Positions 19,131 through 28,084 of a stretch of 64,000 nt of DNA are shown here, in pieces. Origin of the DNA: Thermoplasmatota archaeon (lineage in GTDB: Archaea > Thermoplasmatota > JAKEGO01); the NCBI GenBank assembly GCA_028279595.1, contig JANQNK010000013.1, positions 1 through 64,000 on the forward strand. The letters run 5' to 3'. Position numbers and translations under genes: made by a program. Below the pieces are notes generated by a model. The model had not been told where the DNA came from. It made no database searches and was given only the letters and a program-made list of their open reading frames with translations. The stretch's first letter is position 1; every line of letters starts with the position of its first letter.

Positions 19131-20807
19131 ATGAGGAAGGGATACCTATTCGCATGTTTGTTAGCGTTCGCTCTGTCTTTGATCGTGCTGGCCCCGGCCG
19201 AGGGTGCCGATATCTACGTCGACGATGACGATTCCGGCGGTCAGTGGTCCGACTACACGGACATCCAGGACGCCATCGATAACGCCGGCAGCGGCGATAT
19301 GATATACGTCTACAACGGAACGTATTACGAGAACATCGACATCCTCGAGAACGTCACATTGGTAGGCAACGGTACCGACGACACGGTGATCGACGGTGGG
19401 GACAATGGCGACATCGTGCGGATCACCGAGGACGGCGTCACGATATCCGGGTTCACGATACAGAACGCGTTCGCAGGTCAGGAGGGCATCGACATCGCTG
19501 CCAGCAATGTGGTGGTCGACAACTGCACCCTCCTTGACTGCGCGTACCGCGGAATATATTCAATAAGTCGGTCCAACCTGGCCGTGATGAACGTCAATGT
19601 CACGATCGGGGGCGCAGGGATCACCTTCGCCTATGTGAATTCAGGAAGCATCCAGTGGACGGAGGTCAACGCCGACTCCACTGGCATCGGGATCGATACC
19701 TCCAGGTATCTCGGATTACGGAACATCACCTTCTGGGACTGCGGTTTCATCTGGGTCGGTGGAAGTGCTATCTACTACACCACGAACACCGTCGACAACT
19801 GCACAATCAACGGGGCACCTGTGTTACTGTACACCTCCCATGACAACGAGACCATCACCGGGGACTACGGGCAGCTCATCGTGGGAGACTGCTACGACTT
19901 CACCATAGAGGAGATGGATATCGGCGGTGGCAACAATGGGATCACCATCGGCGCCAGCGAGCGGGTCGTGGTCAGGAACGTATCCATCTCCGAGGTCGGA
20001 TACGGGATCTCCTTGAGAGCCGGGGAGGACATAACGGTCCGGGATTCTGATATCACGGAATACAGCATCCGGGGGATCGATTTCGTGAGCATGGACCATG
20101 TGGACATCATCCAGGTCGATATCCACACCACCTTGAACGGGTACGGTCTATACATCGCCTCGGGCAACACCTGGATAAATGCGACGGAGTGCGATTTCGT
20201 CACCGAGAGGCGGGGCATCAACAATCGCGGTGACGGTGCTGTCTTCACCAACAACACATTGGACACCGGATGGGACTCCATCTGGATGTCGAGCACGGAC
20301 GACTGCGTCATCACTGGCAATGTCCTCGAATCCGATGCCAATGGACTGTATTTCTCCGCTTGCGATGGGAACCTGATAGCGAACAACACGTTCAAGGAGT
20401 GCGGGCAATACGGATTGTACCTTCAGGGCGCCGAGAACAACACCGTCATCTACAATGTGATCTACAACAGTACCAATGAGGGGATCATAGTGAACAGTGC
20501 AAGCTGGAACAACTACATCCACCACAACAACCTCTACGACAACGGCGGCGGCCTCTCCCAGGGCAGGGACGACTCATCCGGAACCAACTACTGGGACGAC
20601 GATATCTCAGAGGGAAACTACTGGGACGACTGGGGCGGAACGGGAACCTACGCTCTCAACGGGGGCGCCGGGGCGGAGGACAACTATCCCCTGGACGATC
20701 CTGCGAAGAACTCCGCACCAGAGAAGGTGCCCGAGTTACATCTGATGGTCTCACTGTCACTCCTTTCTGCATTCCTTCTGATAGTGACGAGGAAAAGGCG
20801 ACAATGA
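19131..20807 (+). CDS. Secreted parallel beta-helix protein, paralog of 11240..12886
   Basis: YVDDDD..IQDAI, HHNN, SEGNYWDDW and APEKVPELHL + TM + RKRR. Start is ATG 19131 or GTG 19122. Confidence 0.85.
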   Translation: MRKGYLFACLLAFALSLIVLAPAEGADIYVDDDDSGGQWSDYTDIQDAIDNAGSGDMIYVYNGTYYENIDILENVTLVGNGTDDTVIDGGDNGDIVRITEDGVTISGFTIQNAFAGQEGIDIAASNVVVDNCTLLDCAYRGIYSISRSNLAVMNVNVTIGGAGITFAYVNSGSIQWTEVNADSTGIGIDTSRYLGLRNITFWDCGFIWVGGSAIYYTTNTVDNCTINGAPVLLYTSHDNETITGDYGQLIVGDCYDFTIEEMDIGGGNNGITIGASERVVVRNVSISEVGYGISLRAGEDITVRDSDITEYSIRGIDFVSMDHVDIIQVDIHTTLNGYGLYIASGNTWINATECDFVTERRGINNRGDGAVFTNNTLDTGWDSIWMSSTDDCVITGNVLESDANGLYFSACDGNLIANNTFKECGQYGLYLQGAENNTVIYNVIYNSTNEGIIVNSASWNNYIHHNNLYDNGGGLSQGRDDSSGTNYWDDDISEGNYWDDWGGTGTYALNGGAGAEDNYPLDDPAKNSAPEKVPELHLMVSLSLLSAFLLIVTRKRRQ

Positions 20808-20868
20808 TCTTGTCGGGAGGATTATTATATCACCAGGCGATAACAACGTCGAGAGAGGTGGATCCGGT

Positions 20869-21543
20869 TTGAAGAACTACCATATCCTGATGGCCGTTGG
20901 ACTGATAATGGCAATTGGTGGCGGAGCCATCGCTGCGGCCTTCGTCATGACCGCCTTCCCGGACCCGTCCGAAAAGGCTGAATGGGAGGGCAACTTCTCT
21001 TACGCTGGAGGGATCGAGAATGTCACACTTGACAGGGGGGACTACGATGTCTGGATCTCCGACAGGGGTGATGACGTCCGCATCAGGATACTCGATGATG
21101 GCCGGGTCATCTTCGACGAGAGCTCGGACGATACTTCAGATTCGATCAACATCAATGGTAAGGACTACTACAAGCTGGGAACCTTCGAAGTGGACGGCGG
21201 GAACTACGAGGTTAGTGCAGATGGCAACGTGGATGTGTACATCACCCCTCCGATCGATATCTTCAGTGAAATGGGTATGATGTGCGCAGGAGGCGCCATC
21301 ATGATCCTGGGCATCGTGCTGTTGATCATCGGCGTCATCATGTCGCTCGTGAAACCCTCGGAAAAAGGTCCATACCAACAGCCCTATCACCCGCCGCCGG
21401 ATGGTCGTGGCACGTACAGGCGCCCATCCAATGGTTACCGCGACCCTTTTGACGACGATTATCGGCCGCCCACTGGTGATTATCCCACCCAGCAGGAGTA
21501 CAGGAGGGAAAGGCGCCCTCCTCCACGAAGGGCCAGAAGGTAG
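20869..21543 (+). CDS. Two-TM membrane protein with extracellular loop and Pro/Arg/Tyr-rich cytoplasmic tail
   Basis: Two hydrophobic segments and a PYQQPYHPPP tail. GAGGTGGA RBS before the TTG start. Confidence 0.7.
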   Translation: MKNYHILMAVGLIMAIGGGAIAAAFVMTAFPDPSEKAEWEGNFSYAGGIENVTLDRGDYDVWISDRGDDVRIRILDDGRVIFDESSDDTSDSININGKDYYKLGTFEVDGGNYEVSADGNVDVYITPPIDIFSEMGMMCAGGAIMILGIVLLIIGVIMSLVKPSEKGPYQQPYHPPPDGRGTYRRPSNGYRDPFDDDYRPPTGDYPTQQEYRRERRPPPRRARR

Positions 21544-21634
21544 CCAGGCATTCCACTCGTTCGCATCAAATCATCAATGCCGCCATGGTGTAAACCAACA
21601 AACGCTTATACCTGACAAGAGAGATTTGGTCTCG

Positions 21635-22192
21635 ATGAAGATCGGTGTCTACGGGAGCTCCTCCCCCCCTTACCCGGATGGGACGGAGGAGAAGGCAAAC
21701 AAGATCGGACGGGAGATCGCCCGGCTGGGCCACACGGTGGTGACGGGCGGTTGCGGAGGTCTGCCTTACGAGGCAGTGATGGGGGCGGCCAGCGAGGGAG
21801 GATGGACGATCGCGTTCTCTCCAGCGGTGGACCACGATGCGCATTCGAGCCTGTTCCACTACCCAGTACAGCATTTCTCGGAGATGGTGTTCATACCCAG
21901 CGACTACGTTCACAAGGACGACAGGATGGTCTGCAAGAAGTACAGGAACGTCGCAGCGGTCGCTGCGGTCGATGTAGCGGTAATAATCGGCGGCCACACC
22001 GGAACCCTGAACGAGTTCACGATCGCATACGACCTCGGCCTTGACATAGGCATCCTCGAGGGGTCGGGCGGGATCACCGAACACACCATCAAGACCTACC
22101 TCAAGGACATGCACGAGGAGGCAGGATCACGGGTCTTCTTCGACCCGGACCCAGCGTCACTCGTCTACCGGATCCAGGGCTGGCGCGGTTGA
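21635..22192 (+). CDS. LOG/TIGR00725-like Rossmann-fold protein
   Basis: MKIGVYGSS, VVTGGCGG, RN..V..VD and GGHTGTLNEF motifs. The real start is the ATG at 21635 inside the longer ORF. Confidence 0.85.
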   Translation: MKIGVYGSSSPPYPDGTEEKANKIGREIARLGHTVVTGGCGGLPYEAVMGAASEGGWTIAFSPAVDHDAHSSLFHYPVQHFSEMVFIPSDYVHKDDRMVCKKYRNVAAVAAVDVAVIIGGHTGTLNEFTIAYDLGLDIGILEGSGGITEHTIKTYLKDMHEEAGSRVFFDPDPASLVYRIQGWRG

Positions 22193-22282
22193 TTTAGGAT
22201 AAAGATAGATATATCCAGGCGCCGTTGCACAACCGACCGACGGTTCCGTTGGTCTGAAGAGATATCACGGAGGTTGATCCAA

Positions 22283-22435
22283 ATGAAGGTGTATCTGTGC
22301 GACAAGGGCGGGTGCTGTCCCGCAGTGGAGTTCGATGGCGACAATGTTAGGATCGGCGAGGATGAGAACACCGCCGTTCTGACAAAGGAACAGTGGAACA
22401 TAATGGTCCGCAAGATCAAGGCCGGCGAGCTTTGA
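22283..22435 (+). CDS. 50-aa small protein (DUF397-like), below the ORF-track size cutoff
   Basis: MKVYLCDKGGCCPAVEFDGDNVRIGEDENTAVLTKEQWNIMVRKIKAGEL, with a strong GGAGGTTGA RBS and host-like codon usage. Confidence 0.75.
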   Translation: MKVYLCDKGGCCPAVEFDGDNVRIGEDENTAVLTKEQWNIMVRKIKAGEL

Positions 22436-22445
22436 TCGGACAGCA

Positions 22446-22530
22446 GACCGGAGTGCCATCAAAGGACCATCCGCACTGCCGGTCGATCCACGGATACGGC
22501 CGCCCTCCGGCGGCCTATCGTATTTTATTT
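22446..22530 (+). terminator. Two hairpins followed by a T-rich tract
   Basis: gaccggagtgc...gcactgccggtc (22446-22484), ggccgcc-ctcc-ggcggcc (22498-22515), then tattttattt. Confidence 0.5.
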
Positions 22531-22570
22531 AACTTCGAAGAGCGATAGCAATGTCGGAAGGGGGAGCATC

Positions 22571-22921
22571 ATGAAATGGAAGAAGGTCTCGCCCGAACTC
22601 GTCGAGGCTCTGGAATCAGCCATGTTCGGATTCAATGCCGAGAAGAGGAAGATGTTCGGTTCGCCGGTCTGGTTCGTGAACGGGAACATGCTGACTGGAG
22701 CTCATCAGGACACGATCTTCGTTCGGGCACCGCGGGACGACAGGGAGGTCGAGCTTTCAGAGGGTGCAACGCCCTTCGAGCCGATGCAGGGTCGAGTGAT
22801 GAAGGATTACGTCGTCGTTCCGGAGACAGCCTATTCGGACAGCAATGAGCTCGGGCGATGGCTCTCTAGGTCATTCGAGTTCACGTCCACCCTCCCCGAG
22901 AAGGAAAAGAAGAAGAAGTGA
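22571..22921 (+). CDS. TfoX/Sxy N-terminal domain family protein
   Basis: KRKMFG..WFVNGNM, F.PM.GRVMKDYVVVP and W...SF.F..TLP motifs. Confidence 0.8.
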   Translation: MKWKKVSPELVEALESAMFGFNAEKRKMFGSPVWFVNGNMLTGAHQDTIFVRAPRDDREVELSEGATPFEPMQGRVMKDYVVVPETAYSDSNELGRWLSRSFEFTSTLPEKEKKKK

Positions 22922-23082
22922 GGGCAGGGCGGATATTCGATCTGGAAGCCGGAATACCTCGGTTTCTCCGGGTAAATGACGTGCCAGGCGTTAGAATTGT
23001 CACCGACGGCATTAATATAGAGGTAGGTCAATTCCCCTAATCCCCAACTCTCAGTGAATGGGTGTACAGGAGGCTGTTTAGC

Positions 23083-23988
23083 ATGGTCCAAACATTCCAC
23101 GTGGTGGGCTTGACCTTCCACATCGTCGACGTTTTCGCCCAGAGGCGGTACGCTGGCAACCAGCTCGCCGTCTTCAGGGGCGCACATCTCCTCTCCGACG
23201 CCGAGATGCAGGCGATAGCCAACGAGATGCACTTCAGCGAGACCACCTTCATTGTCAACGAGGAGGAGGTAGACGGCGGCTACGACATCCGGATTTTCAC
23301 CCCGAACGAGGAGGTCCCGTTCGCCGGCCATCCGGCCATAGGCACTGCCTTCGTCATCCAGCAGGAGATCATCAAGAAACCGGTCGACGAGATCAAGCTC
23401 AACCTAGAGATCGGTCAGGTCCCCGTTTCGATCAAGTACAAGGGGGACGTCCCGGACCTTCTGTGGCTTACTCCCAAGACCGCCAAGTTCGGAACTGTCA
23501 TAGACCCGGGCATGATATCCGCCGGCATGAACCTCAGGAGCGGAGACATCGACCCCTACTATCCGATCGAGGAGGTCTCCACCGGTCTTCCTTTCCTCAT
23601 CGTCCCGATCAAGACCCTCGAGGCATTGAAGAGGGTCAAGATATCCAAGGCAGTGCTCCAGGAACTGATGAGGAACATGAAGGCGAAGTGCATCCTCGCG
23701 TTCACGACGGAGACCTACGACGACGAGAACGACCTCAGCGTCCGCGTCTTCGCCGACGCCCTCGGCATTCCCGAGGACCCCGCGACAGGCAGCGGGAACG
23801 GCTGCCTGGGCGCCTATCTCATCAAGCACAAGGTCCTGGGCGAGGGGTCCATCGATGTCAAGGTCGAACAGGGCCGCGAGATGAACAGGCCTTCACTGAT
23901 CCTTCTGAAGGCCGGTTACCTCGACGACGAGATCCACGTAGAGGTCGGCGGCAACGCTACACTGGTCGCTTCCGGAGAACTGATCTAG
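23083..23988 (+). CDS. PhzF family isomerase/epimerase
   Basis: VDVFA..YAGNQLAVF, FSETTF, RIFTP.EEVPFAGHP, STGLP, EDPATGSGNG and EQGREMNRPS. AGGAGG RBS. Confidence 0.92.
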   Translation: MVQTFHVVGLTFHIVDVFAQRRYAGNQLAVFRGAHLLSDAEMQAIANEMHFSETTFIVNEEEVDGGYDIRIFTPNEEVPFAGHPAIGTAFVIQQEIIKKPVDEIKLNLEIGQVPVSIKYKGDVPDLLWLTPKTAKFGTVIDPGMISAGMNLRSGDIDPYYPIEEVSTGLPFLIVPIKTLEALKRVKISKAVLQELMRNMKAKCILAFTTETYDDENDLSVRVFADALGIPEDPATGSGNGCLGAYLIKHKVLGEGSIDVKVEQGREMNRPSLILLKAGYLDDEIHVEVGGNATLVASGELI

Positions 23989-26900
23989 AGTCCCAATCCA
24001 TCGAAGTCCTCGATGTCATCTTCTATATCGTCACCGTATGGCATCTCGGCGAGTTTGATCTCATCGTCGTTCAGTGCCGAGACCTCTACCGGCATCGTCG
24101 AAGTCCCCTTCTCCTTCAATGCACGCGCGATCCGCACCCTGATACCGTGGGCCTTCTTGATGGCAACAGCGTATTTCCCCTCCATGAAAGCCTTCTTGGC
24201 AACGTTGATCCTCTTTTCTACATCTTCTGAATGTTCGCCGGGTATGATCCCGCGGTTCTCCTCGATGTAGTCGATGCTGTCCCGGGCCTCAAGGAATTCG
24301 TTCCAGACCACCCGGAGGTCCGACATCCCCGTCTGGGCTGCCTTCTCCGCCTCTGGATACTTCTCCTCCTTGAACAGGATCTTCGCCTTCATGATGGGAC
24401 GGCGGTCGAAGACGACGCCCTTCCTACGCATGGTGATCATTGCTGTGGTCAAACGGTAGACAGACCGTTCTGCCTGCTTCCAACGGGTACGGTGTCTGGT
24501 ATAACCTTCGTAGACCGTGATGAACAGGATGGCCAACAGCAGTGAAGAAACACTCAGTATGAACGCTGATGGCAGGTCGATCCAGTCTCCTTTATCCTCT
24601 GACGGTGGCGGTGGGTCATATACACTGATATTGATTCGATCGATCGTCTTGACCGAAGTGACATCATCAGTTATCCCCACGATAGAAATGTTGAAATCAC
24701 TCGAATATGGAAAGGTGACCTCAGCATAATAGGTCATCCCGCGCCAATGGTCAAGACCATGGTAATTGTCCATGTCGTAATCCACTCCATCTATCCGTAC
24801 GAAAAGCTGGTCAGGCGGAGATCCATACCGATGGGAATAGTTGATGGACACTGTAAAGACCGTACCTGTCGACCCGTTGATCGGAGATATCGAGGGTTTG
24901 CGAAGGATCGGATAATCAGCCTTAACGACGGCAAAATTATCCAGGGATGATACTTTCGTGATGTTGCCATCGGATGCCCAAACGTTGTAAGTGTAGGTGC
25001 CGGGATCGAACCTGTGAAGGAATCCATAGGACTTGCCATCCCAGGTGTCCTCATCATTTCGGTCGACCTCCTCCAGAGGAAATGGTCCCAGCGTGACATT
25101 GATCCCCGAGGAGGATCCATTGAATTGGATGGTGATGTTTTCAGGTCGGCCGTTATCCTCGTCGGAGTAATTACAGATGAATACCGTCGGTGTCGAATTG
25201 TCAGAGAACACTGGATAGTGATGGACCAATATGGACGGTTTGCTGGACCTAGTGAATTCACCGACCAGGCTGGAATTCAAAGTTCCGTCGGAAACATCGA
25301 TCCGGTAATAATGTGTCCCCCACGTGAAGTTCCAGGGGAACCAAAATCTAATATCGCCATCGTCGATCGATCCTCGGCTATTGCTAACGATGTCCCATAA
25401 ACTGGTCTCATCGGAGTCATTGAGCCCAAATCGTATACCATCTATTTCGAGGGTAAGAGATTGTAGTGGGTCCTTATCACGGTCATTTATGTCAATATCC
25501 ACCCAATAACTGGTCTCATGATAATGCGGTGGGTCTACATCGAAACGAACGATCCGTGGTGCAGAGTTTACGACAGTAATGTTACCGATTTCGGAGAACA
25601 CGGTGAACGTTCCGTCGGAAGCCTTGACCTGGAACTCGTGTTCCCCTTCCTTCAGGTACAACCAATCATAGTAAGTGATCCCTGATGACGGGGTTCCCGA
25701 TGACCTCGTCCGCATTGAATATGTCCTATTATCTACGAATAGGGTCAAATTCCCTTCAAAGTCATTGTTCGGATATTTATCGATATCATGCGAGTATACG
25801 ACTTGGAATCGATATCGCTCCGAAGAATCACCCGATGCTGGAGTGATGGTCAAATTCGAGAGAGAGGGACGATGTTCGTAGACATTGATCGTATATGTAT
25901 ACCCGGGATAGCTCCAATCCGTGCCGTCGAACAATTTGAAGTGATAACTGTGAAGTCCATTCTCCAGCGGCACCGATACGTTGTACCACACTCCCTGTTC
26001 CCAGTTCGGGGAGCTTTCCGATCGGTTCATAGTGTAATTCGCATCGTCGATGATCAACCGAACATCTACAGCCGGATCACCTTCGTAATCCCTGTACCTT
26101 ACCTCGAACACCCAGTACGGAAGGTCCTCGTCGACGTCGTAGGTCGCTAGTTCTGGTCTTGTATTCGAGACAGTGAAATTGACATTTTCCGTACTCACGA
26201 ATGTATGGTCATCCCGGAACTCGAATCGGTACCAATGGTCCCCACGGTCAAGGGTGATATTGAAAGAATACCTATCGTAATCGCCAAGAGTGCCGTTCGG
26301 TGTCATCTGATGGACATCGTTGTCAATGACCACGTTGTGTTTACTGGGTTCATCTTCGTTTTCATCCTGATAATACGCCGTGAAATGGACCCTTTTGTTA
26401 GAACGGATAGGCAGCTGATTGTGAATGTCCCCATGGATCTCAGGTGGAGAGTTCAGAACAAGGGTAACGAGTCCAGTCGCTGATGGATTGATGTTCTTCT
26501 GATATTCCTTTGATCCATTCATTATATGGACCCGTGTCACGTTGGAGATCGCTCCGTAATGACGGATGAACAGATATGGCAGAGTGAGGGAATATACACG
26601 TCCGATGTCGTCCGTTCTGTTGTCCCAACCACCGAAGGCCTGGGTCTCGTAGAAGACACCCTCGCTATTTTCCACCTCCACATCCGCTTTGGGCACCGGT
26701 TCGTTCACCATTAGGACCTCGAGATCGATGGTGTTCTTTATTGATATCCAGGAATCACCTGTGACTTCCGTATCATGGTACGTCCAATTGGGGTGCTCAG
26801 GGTTGAATAGGACAATATGCGATGATCCCTCCGCTCTGTATGAGATGTTCTGGCAAGTTTCATCGGCTGACAGATTGGTGACCGTTATATTCGAATATTC

Positions 26901-28010
26901 ATCAAGCCATAGAGCGGTACCCATACCCTCGAACTTGATATTGTCTGCTATCACATTCGATCCATTCCATAGGAATATCCCAGCAACGTGGTCCTCCATA
27001 TCTCTCGATCTAACTGTCAACCAGTTAATTCCAATATCGCTGGAGTCACGGATATCGAAGCATCTACCTCCGGACCCGACCGATCCCGATACAGTTATGG
27101 ATTCACTCTTGTAGATGTAGAATCCGTTTCCCGTGTTATTGATAATATCAATATCGATGATTGAGTTCAAGACCTCGTACAATGATATACCAATGCCTGT
27201 ACAGTTATCAACTGAACCGTTGACCGATAGATCATGTACGGAATCGATCTCAATGCCGTTCCCCGATGCTTTTTCAATGACAACATTGATCTCAGCAATG
27301 ACAGCGTCATACATGAGGAATCCACGATCACGACTGCCTTTGATCGAACAGTTGATCAAGAAATTATGTCCAGAATCGACAATGATACCATCGTAAGTTC
27401 CATTGATAATGGTCTCACGATCGACCGATCTGTCGATAGTGGCGACCTGTGCATCGAAGAGTGAGATGGCGACGTCCGTGGTGTTCGTTAGAATCAGCCC
27501 TTTCATGATCGAGTTGACACAGCCCTGCTGTCTGATACCATAATAATGGCCATCAAAATCGGAATCATATATGCCCAGGCGTGAACAATTACGGGCAAAT
27601 ATACCGATTTCGTTATCACTGAAGGTACAGTTCCTGATGGTGACATCATTAACAGCTAGCACCCTCACACCATCGTCAGCCCGCGTGAATTCCAATTCCA
27701 TTAGTGTCACGCGGTCCGAGAGGACCCTGCCCATGTCGTATGCCATCTGACCGTCGATGATGACATTTCCAGTCACACCTCCTTCAATTGTGATACCTTC
27801 GGTATCCACTTCGAACGGATCATAATACGTACCATTATGAACCTGGATAACATCGCCGTCGGTCGCGTTGTCGATAGCGTCCTGGATCGTCAAATACGTC
27901 TCGGAACCGTCGTGGTCAACGGTCAGGATCGCTCCTTCCGTGGATTGGAACAAGGCTATGCACAACACCGAGATCAACGCTAACCTTAGGACGGTCCCTG
28001 CGATCGACAT
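23985..28010 (-). CDS. 1341-aa surface protein: beta-helix + multiple Ig-like domains + TM + cytoplasmic helical-repeat tail
   Basis: Signal peptide, VDHDG..IQDAIDNA, repeated F...Y.D.(D/E).D.P Ig-like units, TM FILSVSSLLLAILFITV, and tail KAKILFKEEKYPEA / AKKAFMEGKYAVA. Confidence 0.8.
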   Translation of the reverse strand: MSIAGTVLRLALISVLCIALFQSTEGAILTVDHDGSETYLTIQDAIDNATDGDVIQVHNGTYYDPFEVDTEGITIEGGVTGNVIIDGQMAYDMGRVLSDRVTLMELEFTRADDGVRVLAVNDVTIRNCTFSDNEIGIFARNCSRLGIYDSDFDGHYYGIRQQGCVNSIMKGLILTNTTDVAISLFDAQVATIDRSVDRETIINGTYDGIIVDSGHNFLINCSIKGSRDRGFLMYDAVIAEINVVIEKASGNGIEIDSVHDLSVNGSVDNCTGIGISLYEVLNSIIDIDIINNTGNGFYIYKSESITVSGSVGSGGRCFDIRDSSDIGINWLTVRSRDMEDHVAGIFLWNGSNVIADNIKFEGMGTALWLDEYSNITVTNLSADETCQNISYRAEGSSHIVLFNPEHPNWTYHDTEVTGDSWISIKNTIDLEVLMVNEPVPKADVEVENSEGVFYETQAFGGWDNRTDDIGRVYSLTLPYLFIRHYGAISNVTRVHIMNGSKEYQKNINPSATGLVTLVLNSPPEIHGDIHNQLPIRSNKRVHFTAYYQDENEDEPSKHNVVIDNDVHQMTPNGTLGDYDRYSFNITLDRGDHWYRFEFRDDHTFVSTENVNFTVSNTRPELATYDVDEDLPYWVFEVRYRDYEGDPAVDVRLIIDDANYTMNRSESSPNWEQGVWYNVSVPLENGLHSYHFKLFDGTDWSYPGYTYTINVYEHRPSLSNLTITPASGDSSERYRFQVVYSHDIDKYPNNDFEGNLTLFVDNRTYSMRTRSSGTPSSGITYYDWLYLKEGEHEFQVKASDGTFTVFSEIGNITVVNSAPRIVRFDVDPPHYHETSYWVDIDINDRDKDPLQSLTLEIDGIRFGLNDSDETSLWDIVSNSRGSIDDGDIRFWFPWNFTWGTHYYRIDVSDGTLNSSLVGEFTRSSKPSILVHHYPVFSDNSTPTVFICNYSDEDNGRPENITIQFNGSSSGINVTLGPFPLEEVDRNDEDTWDGKSYGFLHRFDPGTYTYNVWASDGNITKVSSLDNFAVVKADYPILRKPSISPINGSTGTVFTVSINYSHRYGSPPDQLFVRIDGVDYDMDNYHGLDHWRGMTYYAEVTFPYSSDFNISIVGITDDVTSVKTIDRINISVYDPPPPSEDKGDWIDLPSAFILSVSSLLLAILFITVYEGYTRHRTRWKQAERSVYRLTTAMITMRRKGVVFDRRPIMKAKILFKEEKYPEAEKAAQTGMSDLRVVWNEFLEARDSIDYIEENRGIIPGEHSEDVEKRINVAKKAFMEGKYAVAIKKAHGIRVRIARALKEKGTSTMPVEVSALNDDEIKLAEMPYGDDIEDDIEDFDGLGL

Positions 28011-28084
28011 TGGCTCCGAACTAGGGTTTCGACTGAATGGACTTAATATTTGTGGTGGATGGGAAACGTTCTGGGTAGGCTGGC

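Noticed and set aside
11240-20807. Nitrous-oxide reductase accessory (true NosD) function
   Set aside because: Only the beta-helix fold is shared, and no nosZ/F/Y/L is in context.
22433-22573. The UGA of the 50-aa gene is followed 10 nt later by a hairpin and 45 stop-free codons in frame with tfoX, suggesting Sec insertion or readthrough
   Set aside because: The small protein ends at a natural-looking C-terminus (IKAGEL), tfoX has its own RBS and AT-rich promoter-like tract, the linker has non-coding character, and such an open frame is not improbable at this GC content.
23083-23988. Phenazine biosynthesis cluster
   Set aside because: Lone PhzF-family gene with no other phz genes.
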